A stretch of DNA of 64,000 bases from Macrostomum lignano (lineage: Eukaryota): assembly GCA_002269645.1 (NCBI GenBank), contig NIVC01002379.1, forward strand, positions 115,441-179,440, read 5' to 3'. Positions 62,155-64,000 of the stretch are shown here, piece by piece. A program made the translations under genes and the position numbers. The notes beneath the pieces were generated by a model that saw nothing but the letters and a program-made list of their open reading frames with translations, was not told the DNA's origin and did no database searches. The first letter of the stretch is position 1. Each line of letters begins with the position of its first letter.

Positions 62155-63068
62155 GTAAGCTTCGTGTATTATTTGTTTTCTAAATAATTTTGTCAACATT
62201 TGATTGATTTTTACGTAAAAAAAATTGCTAGTGGAGAACTGGTGAGGTAAGGCCATTTCTTTTCGGTGCGCTGGCCCGCCCCTGTCTATTCCTTCTATCT
62301 CCTCAAACTAGGGGACTCCAAACTTGGCTAGTTTCGTCCAGATCTTTGCCCGACCTCGAATCGCCGAGCCCGAGCCCCAAGTCTAAAAGGACTTAATGGT
62401 TGGTTTCTATTAGCCAGAGACTCTCCTGTTTTAGCAATGGCACTAGCAGGTATCTCAGTGCCGCTCTCCTTCATCTCCTTCACCTCCGTCCCTCTGCCTT
62501 TCTTCCCACCCACCCCCTCTATTCTGTCCGCTTGCTGCTTGTATTGCACCAGCTGATCCCCGCCTAGTCCGCGCCAACCCCCCCCCATCGTGTGTTGGAC
62601 ATCCCTTCCGTCTCCGAATCTACGATCCGAAGCCTTTTCCGCGGTCTCTCTCCCTCTCTTTCTCACTCCAGCTTCTTGTTCCCAAAGCTTTCATTCCCCG
62701 AAATCCCCCCATTTCGTCTATACGAGCCGCTCCCAGCATCATCTCCCTCTTCATCTGTCTCTCTCTCTCTCTCTTTTCTCTCGGGCCAGAAGATGCAGGT
62801 CAATATTTCCAGTGAATTGCTTGAACCCACCGCCAGCCAATGTCAGGCCACGCGGGGATCTCTTTCACTTTCGTCTCTCTCTCGCACACAGTATATCGTT
62901 CTCCTGGCTCCCCACCCTCACGATTTTCTGCCGTTCAGCTTGTGCCGGCCTTTTTTGCCTATCTAGATACTGTCCGACCCACTAAGTAGAGACTATAGCT
63001 TAGTTTTGCTTGGAGTGGTGAATTGATTTCGCCGCTTCACTCTGTTATAGATATTTTGTAGTTTTCTA

Positions 63069-63093
63069 CTGTCTGTCTGTCTGTGTGTCTGTG

Positions 63094-63180
<87 letters not shown>

Positions 63181-63199
63181 GTCTGTCTGTCTGTCTGTC

Positions 63200-63266
<67 letters not shown>

Positions 63267-63267
63267 G
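63069..63267. repeat. (CTGT)n microsatellite
   Basis: Read directly. Confidence 0.97.
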
Positions 63268-64000
63268 CCCGGCTTAGTTTTCCATAGAACTAAAAGCCGG
63301 TATTCACAAGAACAATATCTGTTCAGTGCACAGTTCAGAAGCTGCAGAAGGCAGGCAAAATCATATTAATACTACTGTGTAGTGTGCAGAGCTCTCTGCC
63401 CAATTTATAAGCGAGCGAATGAAATATTGATGCCGCCTCTGCTTGCTCGGCAACAGAAAACTCGCGCGACCTTAGCCGCACCCACCCCACCCCAACCCCC
63501 CCCCCCCATTCCTACTACTTTTCCTCTCTATCGTTCAGGTTCTTGTCATCATCTCTTGGCCTGCGTAGCCTTATTTCCTTCCCGCAGCTGACTGCCGCCA
63601 GTTTAGGCCCAGTTAAATGACTTTTTCTTTTTCGAAAAGAAACCAAAAAGAAGCTGACTAAAACAGCGGAGAGAGGAGAGAGAAGAGAAGGCGGAACAGG
63701 GAGAAGGCGCGATGCAGGTTTTGGCTTCCTCCACCCTCCCTCCTCCCGGCATGAACGCTAGCGGGGTCCAGTCGGGTTTAGTTGACTATATAGGCTAGCC
63801 ATGTGCGTAGATTGTGATTGTCTCGCATCTAGGTAGGGCTTGGCCGTGCGAGGCATGTTTATACCCCAGGTGCGGTTTGTGAAATCTGGCCTAACCAAGT
63901 CCAACCTATAGCGGCGATTGGCGCATGTGCATTCTTGACTGACTGTACCGTCAACCCGTCTCTCTCTCTCTCTCTTTTCCCCTGTTTTCTTCGGATTGCT

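Overview
Intron-containing animal genomic DNA. GC/Ala-rich coding exons, short AT-rich introns and many mini/microsatellites resemble a free-living flatworm such as Macrostomum, but the taxon is inferred only. Spliced genes reconstructed by eye: a galactose-3-O-sulfotransferase-family gene (-); a two-exon allatostatin-C-like neuropeptide precursor that the ORF track does not show as a unit (+, 11015-13423); three tandem type I receptors with CUB-LDLa-MAM-MAM-LDLa-TM-PPxY architecture (-), the third frameshifted twice; a syntaxin-6-like protein lacking the SNARE motif (-); a two-Tudor-domain gene plus a decayed duplicate of one exon (+); FCF2/DNTTIP2 (+); and the first exons of a very large Q/P/A-rich nuclear protein, possibly CHD6-9/Kismet (+). 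Repeats: an intact DD34D mariner, an EnSpm/CACTA-type element, two hAT MITEs, Crypton-type recombinase relics within inverted CCATAGAC-box arms, tRNA-derived SINEs, hairpin MITEs and six minisatellite arrays. Several sharply bounded kilobase domains between 36 and 54 kb are almost free of CpG and rich in TpA/CTAG. Paired repeats there show polarised C>T/G>A decay, including CpA>TpA, which points to a region-targeted methylation/deamination or RIP-like process. All alignments and counts were made by eye.
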